DNA of 64,000 nucleotides from Candidatus Sumerlaeia bacterium (lineage in GTDB: Bacteria; Sumerlaeota; Sumerlaeia; MVZB01). Numbering within the stretch: the first letter of the stretch is position 1; each line of letters opens with the position of its first letter. The notes beneath the pieces are model-generated. The model ran no database searches, was not told where the DNA came from, and was given only the letters and a program-made list of their open reading frames with translations. The translations under genes were made by a program, and so were the position numbers. Below are positions 48,270-59,300 of the stretch, in pieces. The stretch covers positions 6,380 through 70,379 of the forward strand of contig CAUZJO010000004.1 of the NCBI GenBank assembly GCA_963580245.1, given 5' to 3'.

Positions 48270-50333
48270 TTAGGTAAGGCTATCGTCCTCGAGGGTGGGT
48301 GCTTGGTCCGTTTGTTTCTCGGTCTCGCCCGTTTCGGTCTGGGGCTTCGCTTCCAGGAGCGCGGGATCGGGACTGGCGGGCGCGGCTTCGCGCGCGTCCG
48401 GCGGTTGCTCGCCTGCGGACTTGGGCGGCGACTGTGGTTGGGTCGCTTTCGCGGTGACGATGGGTTCGGAGCCGGGGGGCAGATCATCAAGCAGGTTGAT
48501 CTCACCGAACAGCTCGCCCATGTTGTTGAGCGCGGCGCGATCGTTCCTCTTCATATACGAGGCGACCACCTTGCGGTCCTGTTCCTTCATCATCTGGCGG
48601 CGGCTGAGCGAAATCTTGTCGCTGCCCGGATCGATCCGGGTGATTTTCGCCTCCAACCTCTCGCCCACCTTGACGACGTCGGCCAAGTTCTCGATGCGGT
48701 CACGGTCGAACTGCGAGATGTGCATGAACCCTTCCAAACCGGGGGCCAAATTGATGAACGCCCCGAACTCGGTGACGTTGACGACCTCTCCCTCGACGAC
48801 GTCCCCGATCTTGTGGCCGGCGAGGAAACCCTGGACAGGGTTATCGGTCAATTGCTTGACGCCCAATGCGATCCGCCGCCGATCAGTGTCCACGTCCAGG
48901 ACGACCGCCTCCAGCTCCTCCCCCAAGCTGGTGGCCTGGCGGGGTTGGTTGATGCGTTTGTCCCAGGTGAAATCGGAAACGTGAATCATTCCCTCCAAGC
49001 CCTCCTCCAATTCCAAAAAGGCCCCATAGCGCGTCAGACCCGTCACTTTCCCCTTGACGAGGTTGCCCTTGGAATAGCGTTGGGCAACCTCCAGCCACGG
49101 GTCTTCACCCAACTGCTTGAGCCCCAGTGACATGCGGTGGGCGTCGGCATCGACCGACAGGACGACGGCGTTCAACTCCTGACCCACCTCGACGAAATCC
49201 CCCGGTTTTTTGCCCGACGCGTCCCAGGCCATGTCGGAAATGTGGATCATCCCGTCCATTCCCTCGTCGAGCCGGACGAAGGCGCCGTAACTGGTGATCG
49301 AGACGACGGGCCCGGTGACGTGGGTATCGACCGGATAGCGTTCGGCGACGTTATCCCAGGGATTTTCGCGGGCCTTGCGACGAGACAGGGTGATTTTCCC
49401 GCTCTGCGGCTGGATCTCGATCACGTGCACCTGCAGCGGGTCCCCTTCTTTGAGGAAATCCTCGGGCTGAGCGTTGCGCTGCCAGGAGATCTCGCTACGG
49501 GGGATCAACCCATCGATGCCGCCCAGATCGACGAAAACCCCGAAGTTCACGACGCGCTTGACGGTCACGTCCATGAGCTGACCGACCTTGAAGGAATCAA
49601 GCAGCGCGTGACGCTGTTTCTCGCGTTGGCCCTCGAGCAATTTGCGCCGCGAAAGGATGATGCGCCTTTTTTCCGGGGCGTATTCGATGATCAGGCCCTC
49701 GACCTCGCGGCCGACCCAGCTCTCAAAATTCTCGACCCGGCGCAGGTCGATCTGCGATCCCGGCAAGAACGCCGTGGTGCCGATATCGATGATCAGGCCG
49801 CCTTTCACCGTCCGGGTAATCACCCCCTTGACCGGCGTCTCATTCTTGACCGCCTCTTCGATCATATCCATGGCGCGCCGGCGCTGGGCCTCGCGGTAGG
49901 ACAGAGTTACCAGCCCCGACTCGGCGTCGCTGCCCTTGACCACCGCGTCGATCACGTCACCGACCTTGACCGTGACCGACCCCTCGTGGCTCGGCAATTC
50001 ATGGAGATCGATCATGCCTTCGGATTTGTCCCCGACGTCGACCAGGACGTGGTCGGCCTTGATCGCGATGACGGTGACCGAAAGCAACTGGCCCTCGCTC
50101 AGCGAGCTGCTCATCTGGTCCAGATACTGGTCCATCATGGCGTCCATTTCCCGGTTATCCAGCTCCTGGACCTGATCGGGATCAACGTACTCGTCGGGAT
50201 CGGGGATCATCGGGGCGTGGGAGGGCCGGGCCGTGGCTTCCGGGGCCGATTCGGCGCCTTGACTCGAGTCTGGCTCGATCTTCACGTTCGAATGGGTGGG
50301 CTCATTGGTGTCGCTGGTCATATCCATTGCCAT
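48270..50333 (-). CDS. rpsA: 30S ribosomal protein S1
   Basis: Six tandem S1 domains (e.g. GQLLSVTVIAIKADHVLVDVG; GDVVEGEVVNVTEFGAFINL; GDFVEVGQELNAVVLSVD) with extended acidic N-terminus. Confidence 0.9.
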   Translation of the reverse strand: MAMDMTSDTNEPTHSNVKIEPDSSQGAESAPEATARPSHAPMIPDPDEYVDPDQVQELDNREMDAMMDQYLDQMSSSLSEGQLLSVTVIAIKADHVLVDVGDKSEGMIDLHELPSHEGSVTVKVGDVIDAVVKGSDAESGLVTLSYREAQRRRAMDMIEEAVKNETPVKGVITRTVKGGLIIDIGTTAFLPGSQIDLRRVENFESWVGREVEGLIIEYAPEKRRIILSRRKLLEGQREKQRHALLDSFKVGQLMDVTVKRVVNFGVFVDLGGIDGLIPRSEISWQRNAQPEDFLKEGDPLQVHVIEIQPQSGKITLSRRKARENPWDNVAERYPVDTHVTGPVVSITSYGAFVRLDEGMDGMIHISDMAWDASGKKPGDFVEVGQELNAVVLSVDADAHRMSLGLKQLGEDPWLEVAQRYSKGNLVKGKVTGLTRYGAFLELEEGLEGMIHVSDFTWDKRINQPRQATSLGEELEAVVLDVDTDRRRIALGVKQLTDNPVQGFLAGHKIGDVVEGEVVNVTEFGAFINLAPGLEGFMHISQFDRDRIENLADVVKVGERLEAKITRIDPGSDKISLSRRQMMKEQDRKVVASYMKRNDRAALNNMGELFGEINLLDDLPPGSEPIVTAKATQPQSPPKSAGEQPPDAREAAPASPDPALLEAKPQTETGETEKQTDQAPTLEDDSLT

Positions 50334-50497
50334 CCGTTACGCACCCGATCGTCCCAGTCATGGGCGGGGGTGGCATTTGGGGGTTGTCATGGAAAGCCTT
50401 CATCGCGGGCCGGATTCGGGAGGCGGGCTTGATTCCGCTGCGCAGCCCCCCGACCAGATCCGGACATCCATGATTCGAATTGTCCCAAATCATGGGG

Positions 50498-51001
50498 TTA
50501 AATGTCAATGGAGTTTGGGCTTTCGGATAAATCGCTCGGTTCGACAATCAAATAGCTGGAATCGTGGCCCTTGACCCTGACGGTGACTCCGACCGTCACC
50601 TCTTCCTCCTGTCGGGCCGAACGGGCGGGGAAACGGTGGTTTCGCCAACGCACCGTTCCGGTGGGCCGCAGGACCTGAACCACCTCGACAATCTCTCCCA
50701 CTCCTGGCCGCTCGCGCGCCTGCTCGTCGGCGGGAACCTCCCTGGGCGGGGGCGGGGGAGTCTGCTGGGCCGTCAATCGGATCCCCGAGCGAAAGATATA
50801 GAATGCGCAGCCGCCCGAGAGGGCCGAGGCCGCGACCACGTAAATGAGCGCCTCACCGGGGGAGTATGCACGAAAGGCGAGATAGCACGACAGACCGATG
50901 ACGCAAAGGCCCGCGATGAAGCTCATCCCATACGGGAGCACGATCTCGAGCATCATCAAGAATATTCCGACCAGCAGCAGCAGGGCGATGATCCAGAACA
51001 T
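50498..51001 (-). CDS. NfeD-like membrane protein (membrane anchor + C-terminal OB-fold)
   Basis: Three N-terminal TM helices, then GEIVEVVQVLRPTGTVRWRNHRFPARS...VTVGVTVRVKGHDSSYLIVEP. Confidence 0.6.
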   Translation of the reverse strand: MFWIIALLLLVGIFLMMLEIVLPYGMSFIAGLCVIGLSCYLAFRAYSPGEALIYVVAASALSGGCAFYIFRSGIRLTAQQTPPPPPREVPADEQARERPGVGEIVEVVQVLRPTGTVRWRNHRFPARSARQEEEVTVGVTVRVKGHDSSYLIVEPSDLSESPNSIDI

Positions 51002-51411
51002 GTTCTTCCCTCGCCGATCCCGTGAAAAGCTTCAATCCCATCCGCGCAAGGGGACGGCCCCCGATCCTCCAAGGATTCTAATGATAAGGGAGCGGAAATT
51101 CAAAACCTGAAAAGCAGAACTCGGGATCCCATCCAATGCACGCGGAGAATCCGCGGGAAGCCCTGGCAACAGGAACACGATCGAGAATCCTGGTCGTTGA
51201 ATCCTAACATGGGGGCGTCTCGCAACGACGGCGAGAGAGACCGGACCGGAATCATTCAGGGGCCGTGAAAGAAGTAGCCCCTTCCTCAGACACTATTATC
51301 TTCAATCAGGCCCGTTAATCAGGTAAAATGTGGCCTTGTGGTTGCTGTGTTGGCGATTCGGCAATATGAGTGCCCCCGCCGCCGGGCCCAAATCTGGAGG
51401 TTTTAAGGTTA

Positions 51412-53979
51412 ATGAACGAGACGTATCGCACACACGCCGAGGAACGCGCCGCGATGGGTATTCCCCCCCTTCCGCTGGGCCCGGAGCAAGCGAGGGAACT
51501 GTGCGAGTTGATCCAAAGCCCCTCCGACGGCATGGAGCAAGAGCTGCTCGATCTGCTCTCCCAGCGCATCCCCCCTGGGGTTGACCCCGCCGCCCAGGAG
51601 AAAGCCTGTTTCCTGACCCGCGTCGCCAAAGGCGAGACCTCATGCCCGCTCATCTCCAAGACCGAGGCCGTGCGGATGCTCGGGACGATGCTCGGCGGCT
51701 ACAACCTTAACTCGCTGATCGAGTTCCTCAAAGTCCCGGAACTGGCCGAGACGGCCGCCGACGCCCTGAGCCATACGCTGCTGATCTTCGACGCCTATCA
51801 TCAAGTCATCGAGATGGCCGATGGCGGCAACGCGGCGGCCGCGAGCGTCATCGAATCCTGGGCCCAGGGTGGTTGGTTCACCGACCGGCCGCCACTGCCC
51901 GAACAGATGACGGTCATGATCTACAGGGTCGAGGGTGAGATCAACACCGACGACCTCTCGCCGGCGATCCACGCCGTCTCGCGCGCCGACATCCCGCGCC
52001 ACGCGCTCACGATGGGCGAGAAACGCTTCCCCGAAGGCCGCGACCAGATCGCCCGGATGCGCGCCGAGGAGCATCAGGTCGCGTTTGTCGGCGACGTGGT
52101 CGGGACCGGCTCCTCGCGCAAATCGGCCACCAATTCCTTGTTGTGGTACATCGGCGAAGACATCCCCCATATCCCCAACAAGCGGCGCGGAGGCGTCGTC
52201 ATGGGCGGGACCCTCGCTCCGATCTTCTTCAACACGCTCCAGGATTCAGGCGCCCTGCCGATCCAGTGCGACGTCTCGGGCCTGAAGACCGGCCAGGTCG
52301 TCACGGTCCATCCCTCCGAGGGCCAGATCACGGACGAGGCGGGCGAGGTTGTCACAACCTTTGAACTCGTGCCCAACACGCTCCCCGACGAGTACCGGGC
52401 CGGCGGTCGCGTGCCCCTGATCATCGGCCGCAAGCTGACCGAAAGCGTCCGCAAGGCCCGCGGCATGGACCCGAGCGACCTATTCATCAAACCCCAGTTC
52501 GTCGTCAAGGAAGGCACCAGCTTCACGTTGGCCCAGAAGATGGTCGGCCGCGCGTGCGGCGTCGAGGGCATCCACCCGGGAACCAGTTGCACCCCCAAGA
52601 TGACGAGCGTCGGCAGTCAGGATACCACCGGCCCGATGACCCGCGATGAGATGATCGAGCTGGCCTGCCTGGGATTCAGCGCCGACCTGGTCATGCAATC
52701 GTTCTGCCACACGGCCGCCTACCCCACCGACGCCGACAAGAGGACCCACGCCACGCTGCCCGAGTTCATCATCAATCGCGGCGGCGTCCCGCTCAAACCC
52801 GGCGACGGGATCATCCACAGTTGGCTTAACCGCATGTTGTTGCCCGACACGGTCGGGACCGGCGCCGACAGCCACACGCGGTTCCCCATCGGCATCAGCT
52901 TCCCCGCCGGCTCGGGCCTGGTGGCCTTCGCCGCGGCGCTGGGGGTGATGCCGCTCGAGATGCCCGAGTCGGTCCTGGTGCGTTTCAGTGGCGAGCTGCG
53001 TCCCGGCATCACGTTGCGCGACGTCGTCAACGCCATCCCTTACCATGCGACCAAAGCGGGCCTACTGACCGTCGCGGCGAAGAACAAGAAGAACGTCTTC
53101 AACGGCCGCGTCCTGGAGATTGAAGGCCTGCCGAAGCTGAAGGTCGAGCAGGCGTTCGAAATCTCCGACGCCTCGGCCGAGCGGTCGGCGGGCGGCTGCA
53201 CGATTGAACTCGACCCCGAGCCGGTCATCGAATACATCCGCTCCAATGTCACGCTGCTCAAGTCGATGATCGCCGACGGCTACCAGGACGCCCGCGCGCT
53301 CGAGCGCCGCATCCGCAAGATGGAAGCCTGGCTCACCGAGCCGGTCCTGATGCGCCGCGACGCCAACGCCCAGTTCGCCGCGGTCCTCGAGATCGACCTG
53401 GGCGAGATCACCGAGCCGCTGGTCGCCTGCCCCAACAACCCCGACGACGTGCGCCCGCTCAGCGAGGTCGCCAACGATCCCGTCGATGATGTCTTCATCG
53501 GCTCGTGCATGACCAACATCGGCCACTACCGCGCCGCCGCCAAGGTCCTGGAGGACGAACGCTCGCTGCCCGTTCGCCTGTGGGTCTGCCCCCCGACCAA
53601 GATGGACGAGACCCAGCTCAAAACCGAAGGCGTCTACGAGGTCTTCGAGCGGATCGAGGGCTGCCGCACCGAGCTGCCCGGTTGCAGCCTGTGCATGGGG
53701 AATCAGGCGCGGCTGGAGCCGGGATCGACCTGCATGTCAACCTCGACGCGCAACTTCGACGGCCGCATGGGCGACAACTGCCGCGTCTACCTGGGCAGTG
53801 CCGAGGTCTCGGCCGTCACCGCCATCCTCGGCCGCGTCCCCACGCCCCGGGAGTATATGGACGCGGTCGTACGCAAAATCGACCCCCTGGCCGCCGAACT
53901 CTACCGCTACCTCAACTTCGACCAGCTCAAGGCCTTCCGCGACAAAGCCGCCAGGGTTGAGACCGCCGGCGTTACTTGA
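51412..53979 (+). CDS. acnB: Aconitate hydratase B (bifunctional aconitase 2 / 2-methylisocitrate dehydratase)
   Basis: MNETYRTHAEERAAMGIPPLPL N-terminal HEAT-like domain, a swivel domain, and Fe-S ligand cysteines (GSCMTNIGHY; CSLCMGNQARL). ~856 aa. Confidence 0.93.
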   Translation: MNETYRTHAEERAAMGIPPLPLGPEQARELCELIQSPSDGMEQELLDLLSQRIPPGVDPAAQEKACFLTRVAKGETSCPLISKTEAVRMLGTMLGGYNLNSLIEFLKVPELAETAADALSHTLLIFDAYHQVIEMADGGNAAAASVIESWAQGGWFTDRPPLPEQMTVMIYRVEGEINTDDLSPAIHAVSRADIPRHALTMGEKRFPEGRDQIARMRAEEHQVAFVGDVVGTGSSRKSATNSLLWYIGEDIPHIPNKRRGGVVMGGTLAPIFFNTLQDSGALPIQCDVSGLKTGQVVTVHPSEGQITDEAGEVVTTFELVPNTLPDEYRAGGRVPLIIGRKLTESVRKARGMDPSDLFIKPQFVVKEGTSFTLAQKMVGRACGVEGIHPGTSCTPKMTSVGSQDTTGPMTRDEMIELACLGFSADLVMQSFCHTAAYPTDADKRTHATLPEFIINRGGVPLKPGDGIIHSWLNRMLLPDTVGTGADSHTRFPIGISFPAGSGLVAFAAALGVMPLEMPESVLVRFSGELRPGITLRDVVNAIPYHATKAGLLTVAAKNKKNVFNGRVLEIEGLPKLKVEQAFEISDASAERSAGGCTIELDPEPVIEYIRSNVTLLKSMIADGYQDARALERRIRKMEAWLTEPVLMRRDANAQFAAVLEIDLGEITEPLVACPNNPDDVRPLSEVANDPVDDVFIGSCMTNIGHYRAAAKVLEDERSLPVRLWVCPPTKMDETQLKTEGVYEVFERIEGCRTELPGCSLCMGNQARLEPGSTCMSTSTRNFDGRMGDNCRVYLGSAEVSAVTAILGRVPTPREYMDAVVRKIDPLAAELYRYLNFDQLKAFRDKAARVETAGVT

Positions 53980-54319
53980 TCGTTCCGATACCCATCAAGG
54001 CACTGCCCGACCGGTTGGCGCTCGCACCAGCTCCAAGGCATTGATGTCAGACGTCTTGAGAAGAACATCGACCCTTTCCCCCGATTGAGCTCCGGGCGCC
54101 GGGTTCTCGATCGTTCCATCCGCTTTCATCACAACCACATCCGTCAAAACGTAGGTCACGGAATTCGTCCTGGGTCAATCCAGCCTCTTGATAATTTCCA
54201 ACATGGTTGATCGTCTTAGGTCTTTGGTGTGGATCGGCGCCGTTGCCACGGCTTCTCAGTTAATGATTGAAGTCTAGCACGAAAAAGCCCCCATTCAACT
54301 GAGCGGGGGAGCTGTTCGT

Positions 54320-54544
54320 TTAGAGCAATTCGATGAATTCTTCTTCGGTCAGACCAGCCTGTTTAAGTATGGCCTTTGTAGTGCCGCGTGGTAGATCGGC
54401 GGCATGCATTGCAACCGAAGTCATCCGCTCCTTTTGAGGGTGCCACAGGTAGAGGTGACTCCCGCGCTGGTGATGTTCGACAAACCCAGCTTTCTTGAGT
54501 GCCCGCACGACTTGTTTTGGTCGAACTGAGGGCGGCCGGATCAT
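54320..54544 (-). CDS. hicA: HicA family mRNA interferase toxin
   Basis: VVRALKKAGFVEHHQRGSHLYLWHP...TSVAMHAADLPRGTTKAILKQAGLTEEEF. 74 aa, overlapping the upstream hicB by 4 nt. Confidence 0.8.
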   Translation of the reverse strand: MIRPPSVRPKQVVRALKKAGFVEHHQRGSHLYLWHPQKERMTSVAMHAADLPRGTTKAILKQAGLTEEEFIELL

Positions 54545-54789
54545 ACGGCGGGCGTCTTCACCTCCACCGACACGTCAAACGGCGCAGTCGCCGGCACGTC
54601 GGGTGCAGGGATGGGCTGGCCAGCTTTGACCAGTGCTTCAAGAAACCCTTCGATGGCTTCCTGGGCCATCGCAACGGCGTGGCTCTGGTCGCGTCCCCAA
54701 GTGACGCAACCCCGCAACGCCGGCACGGTAACGGTGTAGCCGCCTTCCGGCTCGGCTTCGAGATGGATTTTGTATCGAGGCTTGTTCAT
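54541..54789 (-). CDS. hicB: HicB family antitoxin
   Basis: YKIHLEAEPEGGYTVTVPALRGCVTWGRDQSHAVAMAQEAIEGFLEAL. Start taken at MNKPRYK. Confidence 0.65.
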   Translation of the reverse strand: MNKPRYKIHLEAEPEGGYTVTVPALRGCVTWGRDQSHAVAMAQEAIEGFLEALVKAGQPIPAPDVPATAPFDVSVEVKTPAV

Positions 54790-55036
54790 AGAAGTAGAAT
54801 CGATCAATCGATGATTGGAGTCTATCACGAAACCCGAAAAGCGAGAAGAGCCGGATTGCGCCGAGCCTCCCCGATGGCCCGATTACCGGAGTGAATTGAA
54901 TATAGTCCAAGGGGTAATGCCTGACGCTCTTGGGGTGGTTCACGACCAACCCTTGACCGGGGAAGCCCCTCTCCCGTATCCTCGAAGAAGTGGCCTCCCA
55001 TGTGTGCCGGCCAGGAAACTTCACGCATCAACCCCC

Positions 55037-56068
55037 ATGCCCGAATCCACCCCAAAACCCGAGATCACGGTCCTCATCACCGCCCACAACGAGGCTGAGC
55101 ATATTCAGGGGTGTCTTCAGTCGATTATGGCCCAGGACTATCCGATGGAGCGGGTTGAGATCCTGCTGGTCGATGACCGCTCCAGCGACGGGACCGCCGA
55201 GCGCGCCCAGAAGATGGGATTGGACTGCCTGCGGCTGGTGACCATCGAGGCGCGGCCCGAGAAGCTGACGGCCCGCCAGGCGGCCCTCGACCGCGGCCTC
55301 ACCGAGGCCCTGGGCGAGATCATCCTGATCACCGAGGCCGACGGCCGCGTCCCGCGCGACTGGATTCGCGAGCTGAGCGGCCACATGGGGTTCCGCGACG
55401 GGGCGGCCACGGGGCCGGTCATCTTCGCCGGGGGGCGGCGGCTGTTCACCACGCTCCAGACCCTGAGTTCGGTGCTCAATTACGCATACTACCGTTGGGC
55501 GCAACGCAGCCAGGTGACGACGGGCCTGCTGGGGGCCAACTTCGCGGTCAGGCGTGAGGCCTACCTGGAGACCGGCGGCTTTCCGGCCATCGGGTTCGCC
55601 GCCGACGAGGACGTCGCGTTGGCCCGCGCGCTCAGCGATGCGGGCTGGAGCATCCGCCATCTGAATGAACCGGCCATGCTCAACCCGACCTGCTCGGGGC
55701 TGGGCGAGTTGATCGGCCGGGCCCGCCGCAAGATGCGCAGCGCGCCGCCCATGCTTAACCTGTTCGCTCTGACCCTCATCCTGTCCATCCTGCTGCTGGC
55801 CGGCTTGGCCGTGGTGTTCGGCGGCATCTGGATCTGGATGCTGGCGTTGCGATATCTGCTGGGCCTGATGGGGATCAACCTGGCCGCCGCGCAATACGCC
55901 TCGCTCAACCTCAAATTCGAGGCTCTGCTCTTCGAACCCGTCATGACGCTGCTGGGCCTGTGGGTCTTCACCTTGAACCTGTTCTGGCCGCGCTGGACTT
56001 GGGCCGGGATCGCCTATGATCGCAAAGGCCCGATTCCGGAAACCACCGAAGCCCCGTCGCGAGCCTGA
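55037..56068 (+). CDS. Glycosyltransferase family 2, membrane-bound
   Basis: ITVLITAHNEAEHIQGCLQSIMAQDYPMERVEILLVDDRSSDGT, with C-terminal TM helices. Confidence 0.75.
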   Translation: MPESTPKPEITVLITAHNEAEHIQGCLQSIMAQDYPMERVEILLVDDRSSDGTAERAQKMGLDCLRLVTIEARPEKLTARQAALDRGLTEALGEIILITEADGRVPRDWIRELSGHMGFRDGAATGPVIFAGGRRLFTTLQTLSSVLNYAYYRWAQRSQVTTGLLGANFAVRREAYLETGGFPAIGFAADEDVALARALSDAGWSIRHLNEPAMLNPTCSGLGELIGRARRKMRSAPPMLNLFALTLILSILLLAGLAVVFGGIWIWMLALRYLLGLMGINLAAAQYASLNLKFEALLFEPVMTLLGLWVFTLNLFWPRWTWAGIAYDRKGPIPETTEAPSRA

Positions 56069-56081
56069 GCGAGACGGCCCG

Positions 56082-56723
56082 TTATCCCCAACGCTTGATC
56101 GCCCAGGCGGCGGTGGCGGGGGGATCGAGGTGGCCGTGAAACGCCTCGTAGACCTCCACGTCATAGCCCAGACGCGCCCAGTCCTCGGGCAGCCAGAAGG
56201 AGCGGTGGCATTGAAACGCGTTGCCGTCCAGGTCGTCCTGCTCGACCCGGCCCACCGGTGAGAACACGGCCACGCCCCGACCCGCAAAACGCTCGAGCCG
56301 CACCAGCAACGCGATCGCCTCGCGCCGGGTGAAGTGCTCCAGCACGTCGATCAATATAGCCACGTCGAATTCGCCCGGCCCAAAATGCTCGAACACCTGC
56401 TCGACCCGCAGCTCGGTGATGGCGTGTTGCCGGGCGCGGGCACTCTGTTGCCTCAGTTTGTTCAGATACGGCTCGAAGGCGTCGACCGATTGCAGCCGAC
56501 GCCACGGGACGTTCAGAATCTGCTTGGCGATGACCGTCTCGCCCGCCCCGCATCCAAGATCGATGCACGCCAGCTCCGAGAGCTCTCCGAACACCGCCGA
56601 GAGACGCTCGGTCGCCTCGGCCCCCTGCTCAAACGTGAAACTACCCTTGGGATGGAGCTTAACCCCACCCGGCGCGGGTCGTCCGAGCCTCAGACGGGCC
56701 AACGTGATCCGGGGCGATTTCAT
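56082..56723 (-). CDS. Class I SAM-dependent methyltransferase
   Basis: Motif I IDLGCGAGE. Acidic post-I motif FDVAILIDVLEHF. Confidence 0.7.
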   Translation of the reverse strand: MKSPRITLARLRLGRPAPGGVKLHPKGSFTFEQGAEATERLSAVFGELSELACIDLGCGAGETVIAKQILNVPWRRLQSVDAFEPYLNKLRQQSARARQHAITELRVEQVFEHFGPGEFDVAILIDVLEHFTRREAIALLVRLERFAGRGVAVFSPVGRVEQDDLDGNAFQCHRSFWLPEDWARLGYDVEVYEAFHGHLDPPATAAWAIKRWG

Positions 56724-56727
56724 GGGA

Positions 56728-58314
56728 TCACTTGATAAAGTAGTTCCAAATGTCCAGCCCCGAGATCGTGAACATCAGCGTGATGAAAAAGATCACGAAG
56801 ACCATGTAGATCGGACCCAGGATTTTGGGAGGCACCGGTCGGCGGATGATCGCCTCGATAAACGAAAGCAAGATGAATCCCCCATCCAGCACGGGCAAGG
56901 GCAGCAAGTTGAAAAACATGAGCAACAGATTGAGCGTGATGAAAAACTCGAGCGAACCGACAAATCCGCGTTCGGACGCGCGCGTGATCATCACCGCAAT
57001 GGCGATCGGTCCCCCCAGGTTGTCCCGGACGTCCGTGACCGAGGCCTTCGAGAAGAACCGGACGTTGAGGACCGCCAGACCCAGAAAATGTTCAATCGTC
57101 TGCAACGGCGCCAGGGCGATCGCGCGCAAGGGATTGGCCACGCGCTTGACCCGCGTGTGAATGGAGCCGTTGAGAATCCCGATCTGGCCGCGCTCCTTGT
57201 CCTCCCAATCCGCCCGCGGGGTCATTTCGAGCGAAAGCCGCTGCCCCTCGCGCTCAACGTCGACCACGATCGTCTTGGCCGGGTTGTCCCAGATAACTTT
57301 TTGCATCTCACGAAAGGATTGGATTGGCTGCCCGTTGATGGCAGCGATCCGGTCGCCGCGCTCAATTCCGGCGCGATCGGCCGGATACTTGATGAACATC
57401 TCGCCGACGATCGGCTCGCGCTTGAGGCTCACGGCCAACTCAGTTTGGAACGTGTCGAATTCATCCCGCGACCAGCGCGGCAGGGCCAATTGAATCTCCG
57501 CGCCGTTGCGCAACACGGTCAACTCAAGCTCCGGCATCGGCGTCTGATCCGATGCGGAATCCGCCTTGAACAAAAACAGGGCGAAGTCGGCGTAAGATCG
57601 GATCACACTGCGGTCGGCTCTGCCCGACTCCTCCCCCACGGTCTCCACGAAATCATCGAAGTATGGGGTGTCGGCGCCGTTGACCGCCAGCACCTGGTCC
57701 CCCGGTTGCAGCCCCGCCTCGGTCAGCATTGAGACCTCGCGCCCGCTCTGGACTTGCCGCGCGATCGAGGGCTCCTGCACTACCTCCACGACGACGGGAT
57801 GCAGGTACACTTTCTGCCCGATAAACATGACCAGCGCCATCGCCACCATCGCCGCCACAAGGTTCATGAACACCCCACCGCCGAAGACCAACAGCTTGGT
57901 CCCCAGACCCTTGTCACGCAGGGCGAGCAGGTCGTCGTAGGAGGATTCACCGAGGCTCTTGTCTTCCTCTTGCGCCCCGCCAGGCTCCTCCGAGGCGACG
58001 GGAGCTTGCGCATCTGCTTCCCGGCCGTCTTCGGATTCGGCTTGGGCCGGCACCGACGCTTCCTCCTCCATCTCCTCCGGGACCATCCCCTTGAGCTTGA
58101 CGAAGCCACCCACGGGCAGCCAGCGCAGTGAAAACTCTATCCCGCGCCAGCGCCACTCGGTGATCTTGGGCCCCATGCCGATGGCGAACGCCTCGACCCC
58201 CACGCCCCGGATCAAAGCGAAAAACATATGACCAAACTCGTGGACGAAAACGGCCAGGCCAAACGTGAATACAATGGCCAGCGTGCCAATCAGATATTTC
58301 AGGAAGATTTCCAT
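56728..58314 (-). CDS. rseP: RIP site-2 zinc metalloprotease RseP
   Basis: HEFGHM zinc motif near the N-terminus, PDZ domains, and a C-terminal LDGG motif in TM (PLPVLDGGFILL). Confidence 0.85.
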   Translation of the reverse strand: MEIFLKYLIGTLAIVFTFGLAVFVHEFGHMFFALIRGVGVEAFAIGMGPKITEWRWRGIEFSLRWLPVGGFVKLKGMVPEEMEEEASVPAQAESEDGREADAQAPVASEEPGGAQEEDKSLGESSYDDLLALRDKGLGTKLLVFGGGVFMNLVAAMVAMALVMFIGQKVYLHPVVVEVVQEPSIARQVQSGREVSMLTEAGLQPGDQVLAVNGADTPYFDDFVETVGEESGRADRSVIRSYADFALFLFKADSASDQTPMPELELTVLRNGAEIQLALPRWSRDEFDTFQTELAVSLKREPIVGEMFIKYPADRAGIERGDRIAAINGQPIQSFREMQKVIWDNPAKTIVVDVEREGQRLSLEMTPRADWEDKERGQIGILNGSIHTRVKRVANPLRAIALAPLQTIEHFLGLAVLNVRFFSKASVTDVRDNLGGPIAIAVMITRASERGFVGSLEFFITLNLLLMFFNLLPLPVLDGGFILLSFIEAIIRRPVPPKILGPIYMVFVIFFITLMFTISGLDIWNYFIK

Positions 58315-58564
58315 GGCAAAAACGCAATCCCCTCGACGATCAAACGGCGCCCAACGCGCTGGCGGTATTCTACCAAACGGCTGATGACTCGCAAAGCCTA
58401 CTTTTTCCGATGTCCAGAATTGATCCTGATGTTGAAGGAGAGGCCGTTACCGCACGGGCCATAAGTCCCCTTTGGGGTGGAGAGTGGCTCGTATTTTATC
58501 CACAATCAATTTTAGGTGGGGTTTCAAGACTGCTGAAACCGTGCCGTAAACCTTAGCGCGCCAA

Positions 58565-59161
58565 ATGAGGCTCCATCAAGAATCACCGTCGACAAGCAGG
58601 GATCGCGTGACGGAACGACCTCTCCCAAAATACGAATGCCCACCCGTGATCGAAACCGTTCTGGGGCTCCAATTCGAGCCGCTCCAGGGCTTCAAGAATG
58701 CCCACTTGGGTGCTTTTTGGAAGAATTTGGGGGCTGAAGACTGGCCGGAGGTCTCGGACGCCCCTCCTCTCGGGCCCCAATTGAAGAGGTTTGGAGCGGC
58801 TTCGTGGGGAAGAGGCGATTTCCCCTTAAAAATTTCCCAAGACCTCTCTAGTCGCCTGAGGATCAAGAACAGAGGTGGGGACAGGATGGTCCAGAACCAG
58901 AATGGCCGGCTGCATTTCAATTGGCTGGGGGAGGTTGGGGGGCCCTATCCCCATTACGAAACCGTTCGTTCACAGTTCGGCCGGGTATTGGATCAGTTTA
59001 TTGGGTTTATCGCTCAAGAGCAGGCGGGCGACTTTCGACCCAATCAATGGGAAGTCACCTACCTGAACCATATACCGCAAGGTACGGTCTGGAATAACCC
59101 CATCGATTGGTCGTTCTTCCGTCCGCTTGGCGAGGCACCGCCGATTGTGCCTCAAGGTTGA
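58565..59161 (+). CDS. TIGR04255-like hypothetical protein (possibly truncated)
   Basis: N-terminal YECPPVIETVLGLQFEPL resembles the TIGR04255 N-terminus. At 198 aa it is shorter than typical family members. Confidence 0.35.
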   Translation: MRLHQESPSTSRDRVTERPLPKYECPPVIETVLGLQFEPLQGFKNAHLGAFWKNLGAEDWPEVSDAPPLGPQLKRFGAASWGRGDFPLKISQDLSSRLRIKNRGGDRMVQNQNGRLHFNWLGEVGGPYPHYETVRSQFGRVLDQFIGFIAQEQAGDFRPNQWEVTYLNHIPQGTVWNNPIDWSFFRPLGEAPPIVPQG

Positions 59162-59300
59162 AGGACCATTCCTACGCTCCGAGCAACGATAAGGGTAACC
59201 AAAGGGAAGCTTGGCGAGGAACAGACATGATCGAGGCCCTTGCGTGATCCTTGATTCTGATTACCCGGGGGCGCGCTTGAGGTCTTCTTCGCGCTACTCA

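Noticed and set aside
53995-54170. 43-aa minus-strand ORF (MKADGTIENPAPGAQSGERVDVLLKTSDINALELVRA...) between acnB and hicA
   Set aside because: It reads protein-like, but it is very short, has only GTG/TTG/ATG ambiguity at the start, and has no recognisable family. Left unannotated.
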